DNA of 63,962 nt, the filler included, from an uncultured bacterium (GTDB lineage: Bacteria; CAYSBA01), in assembly GCA_964429075.1 (NCBI GenBank). It is 6 parts of 6 records of this genome, joined end to end, with 100 filler letters (N's around TTAATTAATTAA, not from the genome) between each part and the next. Parts side by side here need not be neighbours in the genome. Positions count along the whole stretch, not along the records: positions 22,243 to 32,848 come from CAYSBA010000015.1; positions 32,949 to 43,499 come from CAYSBA010000016.1; 4 more parts are not named here. One strand, written 5' to 3'. Numbering within the stretch: the first letter of the stretch is position 1; each line of letters starts with the position of its first letter. The notes beneath the pieces are model-generated. The model did no database searches, had not been told where the DNA came from, and saw only the letters and a list, made by a program, of their open reading frames with translations. This document shows, piece by piece, positions 28,061 to 37,152 of the stretch. The position numbers were made by a program, and so were the translations under genes.

Positions 28061-31000
28061 TCAGACTGAATCATCCTTTTTTTCATTGATATTTCTTTCG
28101 TCTGTACTAAAGAGAGAGCTAAGCTTTTCTATACAGTAAAAAATGGGTCTATGTTTCATGGCCTCTTTGTCTACAGGGATAGACACAATACCCCTTGGTG
28201 TAATCCTCCCATTCTCTTTTGTTATAAGCTTCATTACAGATGTTACATCAGGACTGATCTCCTCCCAGAAGGATATGGATATCCTGTTCATACTTATGTC
28301 AATCGATTCAATCCCTGCTGTTGATGCAAGGATCTTTAACCTTACAGTATCAAAAAGATTTACAACACTATCCGGCAGTGGACCAAATAGCTCTTTCAAC
28401 TCTAACTGGAGTCTGTCTAACTTAGATTCATCATTGCAGTGACCTATTTCCTCATAGTATATCAGTCTCTCAGCAGGGTTTTCTATATAATCCTTTGGCA
28501 AAAGGGCAGAAAAGGGGTGTTTTACATCAACAAATGATGGAGGCCTTATACTCTTTCCATGGAGTCTTTGAGCTGCCTCCTTGACAAGATCGAGATACAT
28601 ATGGATCCCTACAGCAGAAATTCCCCCCGACTGTTGCTCTCCAAGCAGTTCACCAGCACCCCTCAGCTCTAAATCTGCCTCTGCAACGCGAAAACCCATA
28701 CCAGGTTCACTCAGCTCTTTTATAATCTCTACCCTTTTCAAAACCTTCTGTGATCTCTTTTTATTCCTGAAGAAATCTTCATTAAAGATCATATAGACCC
28801 TGCCCTCCCTTTCACCTCTTCCAACCCTACCCTTTAGCTGATAGAGCTGGGCAAGTCCAAGATTTTCTATCCCCTCTATAATGATTGTATTTGCATTTGG
28901 TATATCGATTCCATTCTCAATAATTGTAGTACTCACAAGGACATCTATCTTACCTTCTACAAATTCCCAGAATATCATCTCAAGTTCATCTCTATCCATC
29001 CTTCCGTGAGCCATCTGAACCTTTACTGAAGGCTCAAGTAGATCGCGTAACGAATCAGCCCGTTCTTTCAGTCCCCTTATTCTGTTGAAGAGATAAAAGA
29101 CCTGACCACCTCTCTCTATCTCTTTTTCAATAATTGACTTTAGCTGAGATCTTTTGCCAGAGATTATATGAACAGTTGCAGGTATACGATTAGTTGGCGG
29201 AGTTGATATAACGCTTATATTCTTGAGACCTGATGCGGCCATGTAAAGGGTTCTCGGGATCGGTGTGGCTGAAAGTGTAAGTACATCTATGTAAGGATAC
29301 CTTTTTCTAAAGAGTTCCTTCTGTTTTACTCCAAAATTCTGTTCCTCATCGATAATCAAAAGACCTGGGTCTTTAATCCTCACATCTGAAGAAAGCAGTC
29401 TATGGGTTCCTATTAACATGTCGAGATTTCCGCTTTTAAAATCCGAAATAACCTTTTTCTGCTGTTTTTCAGACACAAAAGAACATAAAAGACCTATACG
29501 TATACCCGCATCAGACAACCTCTCTTTTGCCTTTTCAAAGTGCTGTGATGCCAGAATTGTTGAGGGGCACATAAAAAGAATCTGTCTGTTGTTCTTTGCT
29601 ACTATAAATGAAGCAAGGTGAGCCACCTCACTCTTTCCAAACCCTGCATCCCCTGTGATTAGTCTATCCATAGGTGTATTGGTTTCAGTAAGATCATTTA
29701 TAATATCTAAAATGGCCTTCTTTTGATCCTCTGTATGTTCATAGGGGAAACGATCCATAAACTCATCGAACTCTTCAGGTAGTCTGTATGGTCTTCTCTC
29801 AGTAATACTGAGAGTGCTGTATAGTTCAGCAAGCTGATATACAAGCAGTTCTGCAGCCCTTTTTGCCTTCTTTAACCTCTGTTTCCATGCTGATCTTCCG
29901 AGCGAATCAATCTTTGGGATACGCTCTGATACCGAACTGTATGGTCTTATCTGATCTATAGAGGTTACAGGTACAAATAGTTTTGCCTCATCTGCATATT
30001 CTATTTCGAGAAACTCCTCCTCTTTATTCACAAAACGTTTTGTTACAAGTCTTTTAAAGATACCAATGCCATGCTGTCTGTGGACCACGAAGGCACCTGG
30101 ATTTATAGCAACTCTCTTCTTTCTTAAGGGACCTAATTTCTTTACGAGTCTTTTGTTCTTCAGGATTGTAGAAAAATTTATTGCGCAGTAATTATACCTG
30201 TCTGATCTAAAAGAATGGGATATGTTGCCGAGTCTCAAATATATAGTCGAATCCTGATACTCATCAAAGTCATCTGAAAAGCGAGCAGAATATCCTCTCC
30301 TTTCAAGCACATCGTATACAAACTGTAATTCGTCTGTATTCCTACAAAAAACATCTATTCTGTGTCCCCTTTCAATCTCGTTTTTTATAACATCAAAAAA
30401 TCTATCCAGTCTGTTCTCACGAAGAGTCCCTGACGCATCAATATTTATAGCTGTTATCTTAGGATCTATTTTTGTATCCTGCCATATCCATATAGGGCCG
30501 GTATTTATTGTCAACGTCGGGTATCTGTTTTGAAGACTATCAGATACCACAAAAAAGTAGACGCTGTAGCTTTTTAAGATATCCTTTAGCTTCTTTTTTT
30601 TATTACCAATGCCAGAAATTGTAAGAATCTTTTTAGTTTCGCCAGTGATGTTTGTATCGGGTTTAAATGCCTTTATTTTGATGACCTTGTCAAAAGCTGT
30701 CTCAATCCTATAGGGGGTATTGCTAAAATGTGGATATACTATTAGTGTGGAGCCTCTTACAAAAAACTGACCCGATTTTGTTACTGCAGGAGACTTTTTA
30801 TAACCTATATCTTCAAGCTGTACTATCAGATCTTCAAGGCAAAGGGATGAACCTGCAATGATATCAATACTCTTACCTGGTAGCAAAACACTTAATTCCA
30901 AAAGTTCTGAACTTCCGATCAGGCTTGGCACACGTCTGTTCCACAGATCTATAGAGAGGATTGTTTCCTTATTATTCGCATCTTCAATTATAATCGGTAC

Positions 31001-31141
31001 AATGCCCCAGCCTAATTTAATAAAAGTACTAATCTCTTTAATGAGATTTTTATCGAACAGCCCCGGATCAATGAATACAGAGGGTGGCCTTTCAAGTGTA
31101 GAAAGCGGACCTTTTAGAAGAAAAAGCCCTGTACCAATCAC
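28061..31141 (-). CDS. mfd: Transcription-repair coupling factor
   Basis: VVHRQHGIG (RID domain), GDAGFGKS, DEEQ, SATPIPRTL, LGLAQLYQLKGRVGR, DLELRGAGELLGEQQSG, TRCF C-terminus. Confidence 0.92.
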   Translation of the reverse strand: MIGTGLFLLKGPLSTLERPPSVFIDPGLFDKNLIKEISTFIKLGWGIVPIIIEDANNKETILSIDLWNRRVPSLIGSSELLELSVLLPGKSIDIIAGSSLCLEDLIVQLEDIGYKKSPAVTKSGQFFVRGSTLIVYPHFSNTPYRIETAFDKVIKIKAFKPDTNITGETKKILTISGIGNKKKKLKDILKSYSVYFFVVSDSLQNRYPTLTINTGPIWIWQDTKIDPKITAINIDASGTLRENRLDRFFDVIKNEIERGHRIDVFCRNTDELQFVYDVLERRGYSARFSDDFDEYQDSTIYLRLGNISHSFRSDRYNYCAINFSTILKNKRLVKKLGPLRKKRVAINPGAFVVHRQHGIGIFKRLVTKRFVNKEEEFLEIEYADEAKLFVPVTSIDQIRPYSSVSERIPKIDSLGRSAWKQRLKKAKRAAELLVYQLAELYSTLSITERRPYRLPEEFDEFMDRFPYEHTEDQKKAILDIINDLTETNTPMDRLITGDAGFGKSEVAHLASFIVAKNNRQILFMCPSTILASQHFEKAKERLSDAGIRIGLLCSFVSEKQQKKVISDFKSGNLDMLIGTHRLLSSDVRIKDPGLLIIDEEQNFGVKQKELFRKRYPYIDVLTLSATPIPRTLYMAASGLKNISVISTPPTNRIPATVHIISGKRSQLKSIIEKEIERGGQVFYLFNRIRGLKERADSLRDLLEPSVKVQMAHGRMDRDELEMIFWEFVEGKIDVLVSTTIIENGIDIPNANTIIIEGIENLGLAQLYQLKGRVGRGEREGRVYMIFNEDFFRNKKRSQKVLKRVEIIKELSEPGMGFRVAEADLELRGAGELLGEQQSGGISAVGIHMYLDLVKEAAQRLHGKSIRPPSFVDVKHPFSALLPKDYIENPAERLIYYEEIGHCNDESKLDRLQLELKELFGPLPDSVVNLFDTVRLKILASTAGIESIDISMNRISISFWEEISPDVTSVMKLITKENGRITPRGIVSIPVDKEAMKHRPIFYCIEKLSSLFSTDERNINEKKDDSV

Positions 31142-31153
31142 AGCGGTCCTTTT

Positions 31154-32479
31154 TTACTGTCCGTAATAGTCCTGTATGATCTTTCTTATCTGTGGTGCCT
31201 CTTTTGAGTAAGGGGCAAGTTTTAAAAACTTTTTATAATACTTTACAGCCATCCTTGGATTGTTCATTCTGGCATATGCAACGCCGAGATTTCTATAAGG
31301 AGCAGGATATGTAGGAGCTATCTTTATAGCTGCCTTGTACATCTTTATTGCGTTTTCATAATCGCCATTCATAAGACGAGAGTTACCTTCTTTCACAAGA
31401 TCCTCTGCCCTCTTGAGTACTTCATTGTCAACATTATTCTTTTTATTTGCCCTCTTTTTAGCAACCCTCTTTGGCCTTTTGGCCTTTTTTCTCTTGATTT
31501 TTGTCTCTTTTTTATGTTCGGCAGAGGTTTTGGTTTTTTTATTGATAGGTTTTGTTTCTGTGTTTTGTTTGGCTGTTTTAATATTTTCAACCTTCTCTTC
31601 TTTGGCCTTGACCTCTTTTGAGGACTCCGTTTTCTTTTTTTCTTTTTGGTCGACGACCTTTTTTTCTTTTAAATCTTTTTCTTTTGCCTTATGAACAGTT
31701 ACTTTTTTGGAACTGGCCTGTTTTTTTGAGCCTGAGCTGAGCAGAAAAAACAGACCAATAGCTATAACACCAACTAAGACTACTCCAATAATAATAATCT
31801 TTTTTTTTGAAGATGGGGGCTGTTCTGCTGTAAAATCTGTGGGTATTGGCCCGGTATCGACAGCCTGGGTAAATGCGTTATCCTCTTCTGGTAACTTCTC
31901 TGACGGAGGCGGAGCTGCCTTTTTTGGAGGTTCGTAAGGTACAGGATTTTCAGGCTGTTGAGCACTTTCTTTTGTACCAGCCTCCATAGGAGGAGGACTT
32001 TCTATAACCTCTTCTACTGGAGGTTGCGTTTCCTGCACAGGTGTCTCTTTATGTGGTGGTTGAGAGGCAACGCCAAGATCGAGTGACTCAGCCCAGCTCA
32101 AGGATTCGTGATCTGCCTTTGGAGACCCTACAATCTCTTTTTGCTCCTGGGATGCTGGAGGGGTCACACTCGATTCTACAGCCTCAACCTCCTCTGCCCA
32201 GGAGCTGTCTTCTTCTTCTATACCTATCCCTTGTGTACCTTCCTCAACCTCTTTGGCCCAGGATGAATCCTCCTGTGGCTCCTCTTTTTGCTTTAATGCG
32301 GACGTATTCTGCTCCTTATCACCTTTAGCTTCAGAAGATGTATCCACAGATTGCTCTTGAGAATCCTTTAGTTCTTCTTCAGAAACGAGAGAGACCTTAC
32401 AACGGGGACACTTCACAAAAGAGGGATCAATATTCCCGATGTCATAGCTTTTGCCACAAGATGGACAGATTCCATTCAC
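31154..32479 (-). CDS. Zinc-ribbon / acidic-Pro linker / TM / Lys-rich / TPR bitopic membrane protein
   Basis: CPSC...CPRC at the N-terminus, TM IIIIGVVLVGVIAIGLFFLL, C-terminal TPRs (YRNLGVAY, YYKKFLKLAP). Confidence 0.8.
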   Translation of the reverse strand: MNGICPSCGKSYDIGNIDPSFVKCPRCKVSLVSEEELKDSQEQSVDTSSEAKGDKEQNTSALKQKEEPQEDSSWAKEVEEGTQGIGIEEEDSSWAEEVEAVESSVTPPASQEQKEIVGSPKADHESLSWAESLDLGVASQPPHKETPVQETQPPVEEVIESPPPMEAGTKESAQQPENPVPYEPPKKAAPPPSEKLPEEDNAFTQAVDTGPIPTDFTAEQPPSSKKKIIIIGVVLVGVIAIGLFFLLSSGSKKQASSKKVTVHKAKEKDLKEKKVVDQKEKKKTESSKEVKAKEEKVENIKTAKQNTETKPINKKTKTSAEHKKETKIKRKKAKRPKRVAKKRANKKNNVDNEVLKRAEDLVKEGNSRLMNGDYENAIKMYKAAIKIAPTYPAPYRNLGVAYARMNNPRMAVKYYKKFLKLAPYSKEAPQIRKIIQDYYGQ

Positions 32480-32513
32480 TTAACACACCCTTAATAAAGA
32501 TATCAACAATAGT

Positions 32514-32542
32514 AAGCTATTATAAAAAATATCGAGTGTCAA
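32514..32542 (-). promoter_or_regulatory. Sigma70-type promoter for the zinc-ribbon/TPR-mfd unit
   Basis: Minus strand TTGACA-17 nt-TAGCTT. Confidence 0.5.
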
Positions 32543-32848
32543 GATTTTTGCCTGGATGGACTTTATATATCTGGTACTTGTCCATACTTTAGTAAAGCAG
32601 GGTAAAGTCTAGTATTGTTTTGTACAGGCACATGCAATAAAGGATCGAAGTATTGTAGTTTATTCTGGGAAGGCACAGGGCATGCCTACGCGATTGTTTT
32701 TGACCTATATTTTTATCCATCAAAGGCACCTCTCTACCCCGGGTTGGTTTTGGAGTTATTATATCTCATTTAGCTTACGTATGTTAAAGTTAGTGACATT
32801 CGGTGTCAATTTACTATAAATTCAATCTCTTCTTACTGGAATCAGTTG

Positions 32849-32948
32849 NNNNNNNNNNNNNNNNNNNNNNNNNNNNNNNNNNNNNNNNNNNNTTAATTAA
32901 TTAANNNNNNNNNNNNNNNNNNNNNNNNNNNNNNNNNNNNNNNNNNNN
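32849..32948. other. Artificial contig spacer
   Basis: N-TTAATTAATTAA-N, 100 nt. Confidence 0.99.
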
Positions 32949-33069
32949 CCTTACTATAAAATAACAATTTTTTTCTTTTAAAATTAAATTTGATAAATTT
33001 GACAAAAAAAACGCATCGTTTTATAAAACAAATAATGACCACCAGTAATTTTACTGTTGGAGGTGTACT

Positions 33070-33516
33070 GTGAAAAAAAGTTATTTTTTATTCATCCTGC
33101 TTTTAATTATATCTTTCATGATCACAGACTGTGGCAATCCAACCGTAGTCTTGCCACCACCTACAGAAGACCTTGTTATTGTAAATCAGGCACCAGGTTG
33201 TGGGAGCATAAATATAACTGTAAATACTTCAATAGTTGTAGTTTTCAACAAGGAAATCGATCAAAATTCTGAAAATTTTACAGGTTCTATTATAGTACAG
33301 GAGGTTACTGATAGCGGTACAGAGCCTGTAAATGGTAGCGTCTTCTTAAGCCAGCAGAGCTCTAACACAATTATATTTGAACCGGCTCAATGTCTGAAGC
33401 AGAACACAATCTATAGATATACTATCAAAAAGGACGCTGTAGTTTCAAAGGATGGTCATTCACTCTCAGAAGACTTTTCCTGTGCATTTATAACCGGGGA
33501 TGACTCCTGTGGCTGA
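33070..33516 (+). CDS. Lipoprotein with bacterial Ig-like (Big_5-like) domain
   Basis: GGAGG SD, signal peptide ending in Cys, VNTSIVVVFNKEID...IIFEP...L...Y...F.T pattern. Confidence 0.75.
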   Translation: MKKSYFLFILLLIISFMITDCGNPTVVLPPPTEDLVIVNQAPGCGSINITVNTSIVVVFNKEIDQNSENFTGSIIVQEVTDSGTEPVNGSVFLSQQSSNTIIFEPAQCLKQNTIYRYTIKKDAVVSKDGHSLSEDFSCAFITGDDSCG

Positions 33517-34709
33517 TTCATTTTTTCAGCCTCTTCAATATTCTTTAGCTCTTTCCACTGCTCTTTAAATACTGCTTCAAAATAGGGTATCTCCAGGATT
33601 TTGCCCTCACTCCTTTTTACTAGTAAGGCAACAGCAAGTGCCAGCTTTGCAAGATCAGTCTCATCCTTTCGCCATAAGTGGTATGCCATGAGCTCAAAAA
33701 TATCCACATAGTGCTCAAGATACTCCTTTTTCATATTGTTATGTACAACCTTTACAATCTCGTTATAATCATATTCCTCTTTTGTTTCTGTATCTACTTC
33801 TAATCTGGATTCACCAAGTTCTTTTGCCTTCTTTCTGACCTCAACAAGTATATCGGGCTGTACAATATAGATATTACCCTCCCCCTCGATATCCTTTAGA
33901 TCAAGTGTCTTTTGTTTTAACTCTTCAATCTCTTTTTCAATATCTTCATAGGTGATATCCTTTAGAACAGGATTGGGATTATCCCCTTCAAAGTCAAACT
34001 TATCCTGAAATTCAAGATAAACCTTTGGTAGTGGAATTTCTAAAGCCTTTGTTCTTTCTGCAGCTCGATTAATCAGATATTTTATATAGTCGTTGGATGT
34101 CTGAAAGTACATTATATTGTCTGACTTTTTTACATTCTTTAGAAACTGTCTATATCCCCTGTTTTCAACGACATCAAGTTTAAATTCAGCAAGTATACCT
34201 GTATGATTTATACCAACTGTAAAGAAGTTTATCGTGTATTTATCTTCTCTATCACAGTAAAACAACATGTAACTTCCACCATTTGATACGGGCATGCTTA
34301 TTGAGATTGGTTCAACAGGTTCTGGAGCAGTAATCATAGGTGTCACATTCTCTTTTGGTAGTTCAATATCTTTACCCTCTGCCTTCAACATGACAAGTGC
34401 ATGCCTTGCAGTCTTTTTCACCAGTTTACTCGGATCATTTATTGCAAAATAGAAAAGAAGATCAACCATATCTCGCTTTTTCAAGACATACATACTTGCA
34501 GCTTTAAATGGCTCATCGAGCCCAGAGAAATCTTCAGGACCCTTCAGGTCTTTTTCAAGTATCTCTTTTGTCTTTTTTAGACCATTGTTAAATTCACAAT
34601 CCGGGAACGATCTTTCAAATTCTTTCACAATCTTATCATTCTGTCTGGCTTCACCATTTAAGATGGAAGCAACCTTTTTCAATGTCTTTTCCTGATTGAT
34701 TAGTCCCAT
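33456..34709 (-). CDS. Hypothetical protein (HEAT-like N-terminal part)
   Basis: Long ORF with GAGGAGG SD; DPSKLVKKTARHAL is HEAT-like; no recognised function. Confidence 0.7.
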   Translation of the reverse strand: MGLINQEKTLKKVASILNGEARQNDKIVKEFERSFPDCEFNNGLKKTKEILEKDLKGPEDFSGLDEPFKAASMYVLKKRDMVDLLFYFAINDPSKLVKKTARHALVMLKAEGKDIELPKENVTPMITAPEPVEPISISMPVSNGGSYMLFYCDREDKYTINFFTVGINHTGILAEFKLDVVENRGYRQFLKNVKKSDNIMYFQTSNDYIKYLINRAAERTKALEIPLPKVYLEFQDKFDFEGDNPNPVLKDITYEDIEKEIEELKQKTLDLKDIEGEGNIYIVQPDILVEVRKKAKELGESRLEVDTETKEEYDYNEIVKVVHNNMKKEYLEHYVDIFELMAYHLWRKDETDLAKLALAVALLVKRSEGKILEIPYFEAVFKEQWKELKNIEEAEKMNQPQESSPVINAQEKSSESE

Positions 34710-34775
34710 TTCCTCCTCTCTCAAAATTGAGTTTTATGCCATATACAACAAAATGAGTCTATTGTCTATAAAAAA

Positions 34776-36005
34776 CTACCGGAGGGTAGCAGGTCTTATA
34801 TGTTCAATAAAACCATCATGAAGAGCTCTTACTGCAAGTTCAGTATATTTTTCTTCTATTGCACAGCTAATCTTAATTTCCGAAGTATTTACAAGGTATA
34901 TGTTTATCCCCTCCTCTGCAAGGATCTCAAACATCCTTGCGGCAACCCCTGCATGGGTTTTCATACCTACACCAACCACAGAAACCTTTGACATATTGCT
35001 TGATGTACTCATCTCTTTGTATCCGAGGTCTTTTTTAAGGTCCTTTAAAATCTCTACAGCCTTCTCAAGATCTTTTTTTGAGACAGAAAAACTCAGATCA
35101 AGACCACCTTGAGGTGTGATGTTCAGTACAATCATATCAACAACAATCTCCTTGTCGGCAAGAGGATTAAATAATCTATAGGCCATCCCAGGCATATCTT
35201 TCATGCCTTTTATATTTATCAGTGCAACTCCCCTTTCATAGGTGATCCCAGAAACAACAATCTTTTCCATATCCTTATCCTCCTCTGTTACGAGGGTACC
35301 AGTATTATCAGTAAAGGTTGATTTTACCCAGAGTCTTACGCCATATTTCTTGGCCATCTCCACAGAACGACTATGCAATACCTTTGCACCCAATGAAGAC
35401 AACTCCAGCATCTCATCGTAGGAGATCTTATCGAGTTTTTTTGCATTACTTACAATGTTTGGATCGGCAGTGTATACACCCTCTACATCGGTATATATCT
35501 CACATAAATCGGCATTAAGGGCTGCAGCAATGGCCACAGCTGTTGTATCTGATCCACCCCTCCCGAGGGTTGTTATATTACCCTGATCATCAATCCCCTG
35601 AAAGCCTGCAATAACTGCCACATAACCCTTTTCGAGTATTGATCTTATCTTTTCTGTATCCACACTTAATATCCTTGCATCCCCATATCTTCTATCAGTG
35701 AGCACCTTTGCCTGAAAACCGAGTAATGAGATAGCCTTTTGACCCATAGCAGAGAGGGTCATTGCAAGTAGTGAGGATGTGATCTGCTCACCTGTAGCTG
35801 CCAGTGCATCAAGCTCTCTCTTTGACGGCCTGCTGGTAACACTATATGCCATTTCTATTAGCCTGTTTGTCTCCCCCGCCATTGCAGATACCACAACCAC
35901 AAGCCTATGACCACCCTGCACTACCCTAAGACATCTTGTAGCAACATATTTTATTCTATCGAGATTGGCTACTGATGTGCCACCATATTTTTGAACGATT
36001 AACAT
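34776..36005 (-). CDS. lysC: Aspartate kinase
   Basis: VQKYGGTSV, TTLGRGGSDTTA, YTDVEGVYTADP, two ACT domains. Confidence 0.96.
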   Translation of the reverse strand: MLIVQKYGGTSVANLDRIKYVATRCLRVVQGGHRLVVVVSAMAGETNRLIEMAYSVTSRPSKRELDALAATGEQITSSLLAMTLSAMGQKAISLLGFQAKVLTDRRYGDARILSVDTEKIRSILEKGYVAVIAGFQGIDDQGNITTLGRGGSDTTAVAIAAALNADLCEIYTDVEGVYTADPNIVSNAKKLDKISYDEMLELSSLGAKVLHSRSVEMAKKYGVRLWVKSTFTDNTGTLVTEEDKDMEKIVVSGITYERGVALINIKGMKDMPGMAYRLFNPLADKEIVVDMIVLNITPQGGLDLSFSVSKKDLEKAVEILKDLKKDLGYKEMSTSSNMSKVSVVGVGMKTHAGVAARMFEILAEEGINIYLVNTSEIKISCAIEEKYTELAVRALHDGFIEHIRPATLR

Positions 36006-36641
36006 TCAGGACTCTTTGTATGGGGTCTCTGCAGAGGTGCCATCGCTGTTTATTACAAAATCAAAAAATACTGATGGTGTATTCTGTTTAAGTATCCGGA
36101 GTATCTCCATACAAATTTGCCTTATTTCCCACTGGGCAGATCTGTGACAGCGTAGTTTGAGGATATGACGCCATTCCCTCAGATTTGCAGAGACTACAAT
36201 CTCTGAGACCACTGCATTTGGCAGTATATATCGTGCATCCTCCTTTTTTATGTCTCTTTCTAAAAAGAACTCATAAAGTTTCCTTGCCTGTTCCATAAAA
36301 TCTTCGAACCTCTCTTTGAGCGCAGGATCTTCATTGATAGATGGGGGTATAACAAATCTAAAACCGGATTCTTTCACATATCTCTGTGACTGTTGAGAAA
36401 AGGATGCAAGTCTGTGTCGTACCAGCTGATGTGTGAACGCACGAGAACCTCCTCTGATCCTGAAGGTAGCAGCTGCATGCTCCAGCACCGATAGATGTCC
36501 TCTCTTTATCAGAGATTGTATAAATCCCTTTTCACTCGAATCTGTGATTTTGTTTAAAGACAGATAACAGGTTCGACCTGCCGATTCTATCACCTTCTCA
36601 GCATTGGGAGTTATTGCTACTAATTCTACCTCAGCCTGCAT
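36006..36641 (-). CDS. thyX: FAD-dependent thymidylate synthase
   Basis: GHLSVLEH, HQLVRHRLASFSQQSQRY, EDARYILPNA, AQWEIR. Confidence 0.96.
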   Translation of the reverse strand: MQAEVELVAITPNAEKVIESAGRTCYLSLNKITDSSEKGFIQSLIKRGHLSVLEHAAATFRIRGGSRAFTHQLVRHRLASFSQQSQRYVKESGFRFVIPPSINEDPALKERFEDFMEQARKLYEFFLERDIKKEDARYILPNAVVSEIVVSANLREWRHILKLRCHRSAQWEIRQICMEILRILKQNTPSVFFDFVINSDGTSAETPYKES

Positions 36642-37131
36642 CTTTACAATACTTGTTATTGTCTATCAGTCTGTTTAGATCAAAGATTGCATCCTCTCTG
36701 TTTTTAAATGGCTCAACGTGTACCCCTGTATCCATCCTTATAGCATCCTCTGGACAGGCCTCAACACACAGGCCACAAAATATGCATCTGAGTTCATTTA
36801 TTTTAAAGCTTTTGGGATATTTCTCCTTGACCCCCGCTTCTCCCTCTGCAGCCTCTATTTCAATACACTTAGCCGGGCATATAGTTGCACACATATAACA
36901 GGCCACACATCTAACCTTACCATCCTTTCTCAAAAGCAATCTGTGCATCCCCCGCCATCTTTTTGAGTATGTCACCCGTTCTTCAGGATAGGAGAGGGTA
37001 TCGGTGTAACGATCCTTCTTTGCAAAGAGATTTTTAAACATATGTCTTGCTGTCACACCAAGCCCTTTTGTAACCTCTTTTAAGTACAGTTTATCAGTCT
37101 TATCCAACTCTACGGTTACCTTCTTTGCCAT
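36631..37131 (-). CDS. nuoI: NADH-quinone oxidoreductase subunit I
   Basis: YPEE, RWRGMH, CVACYMCATICP, CIFCGLCVEACP. Confidence 0.92.
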   Translation of the reverse strand: MAKKVTVELDKTDKLYLKEVTKGLGVTARHMFKNLFAKKDRYTDTLSYPEERVTYSKRWRGMHRLLLRKDGKVRCVACYMCATICPAKCIEIEAAEGEAGVKEKYPKSFKINELRCIFCGLCVEACPEDAIRMDTGVHVEPFKNREDAIFDLNRLIDNNKYCKDAG

Positions 37132-37152
37132 CTTATCTCCCAAACATCAATA

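Noticed and set aside
32600-32745. AGAGGTGC on the minus strand, resembling the start of a lysine riboswitch
   Set aside because: The other conserved elements were not found, and lysC is on a different contig
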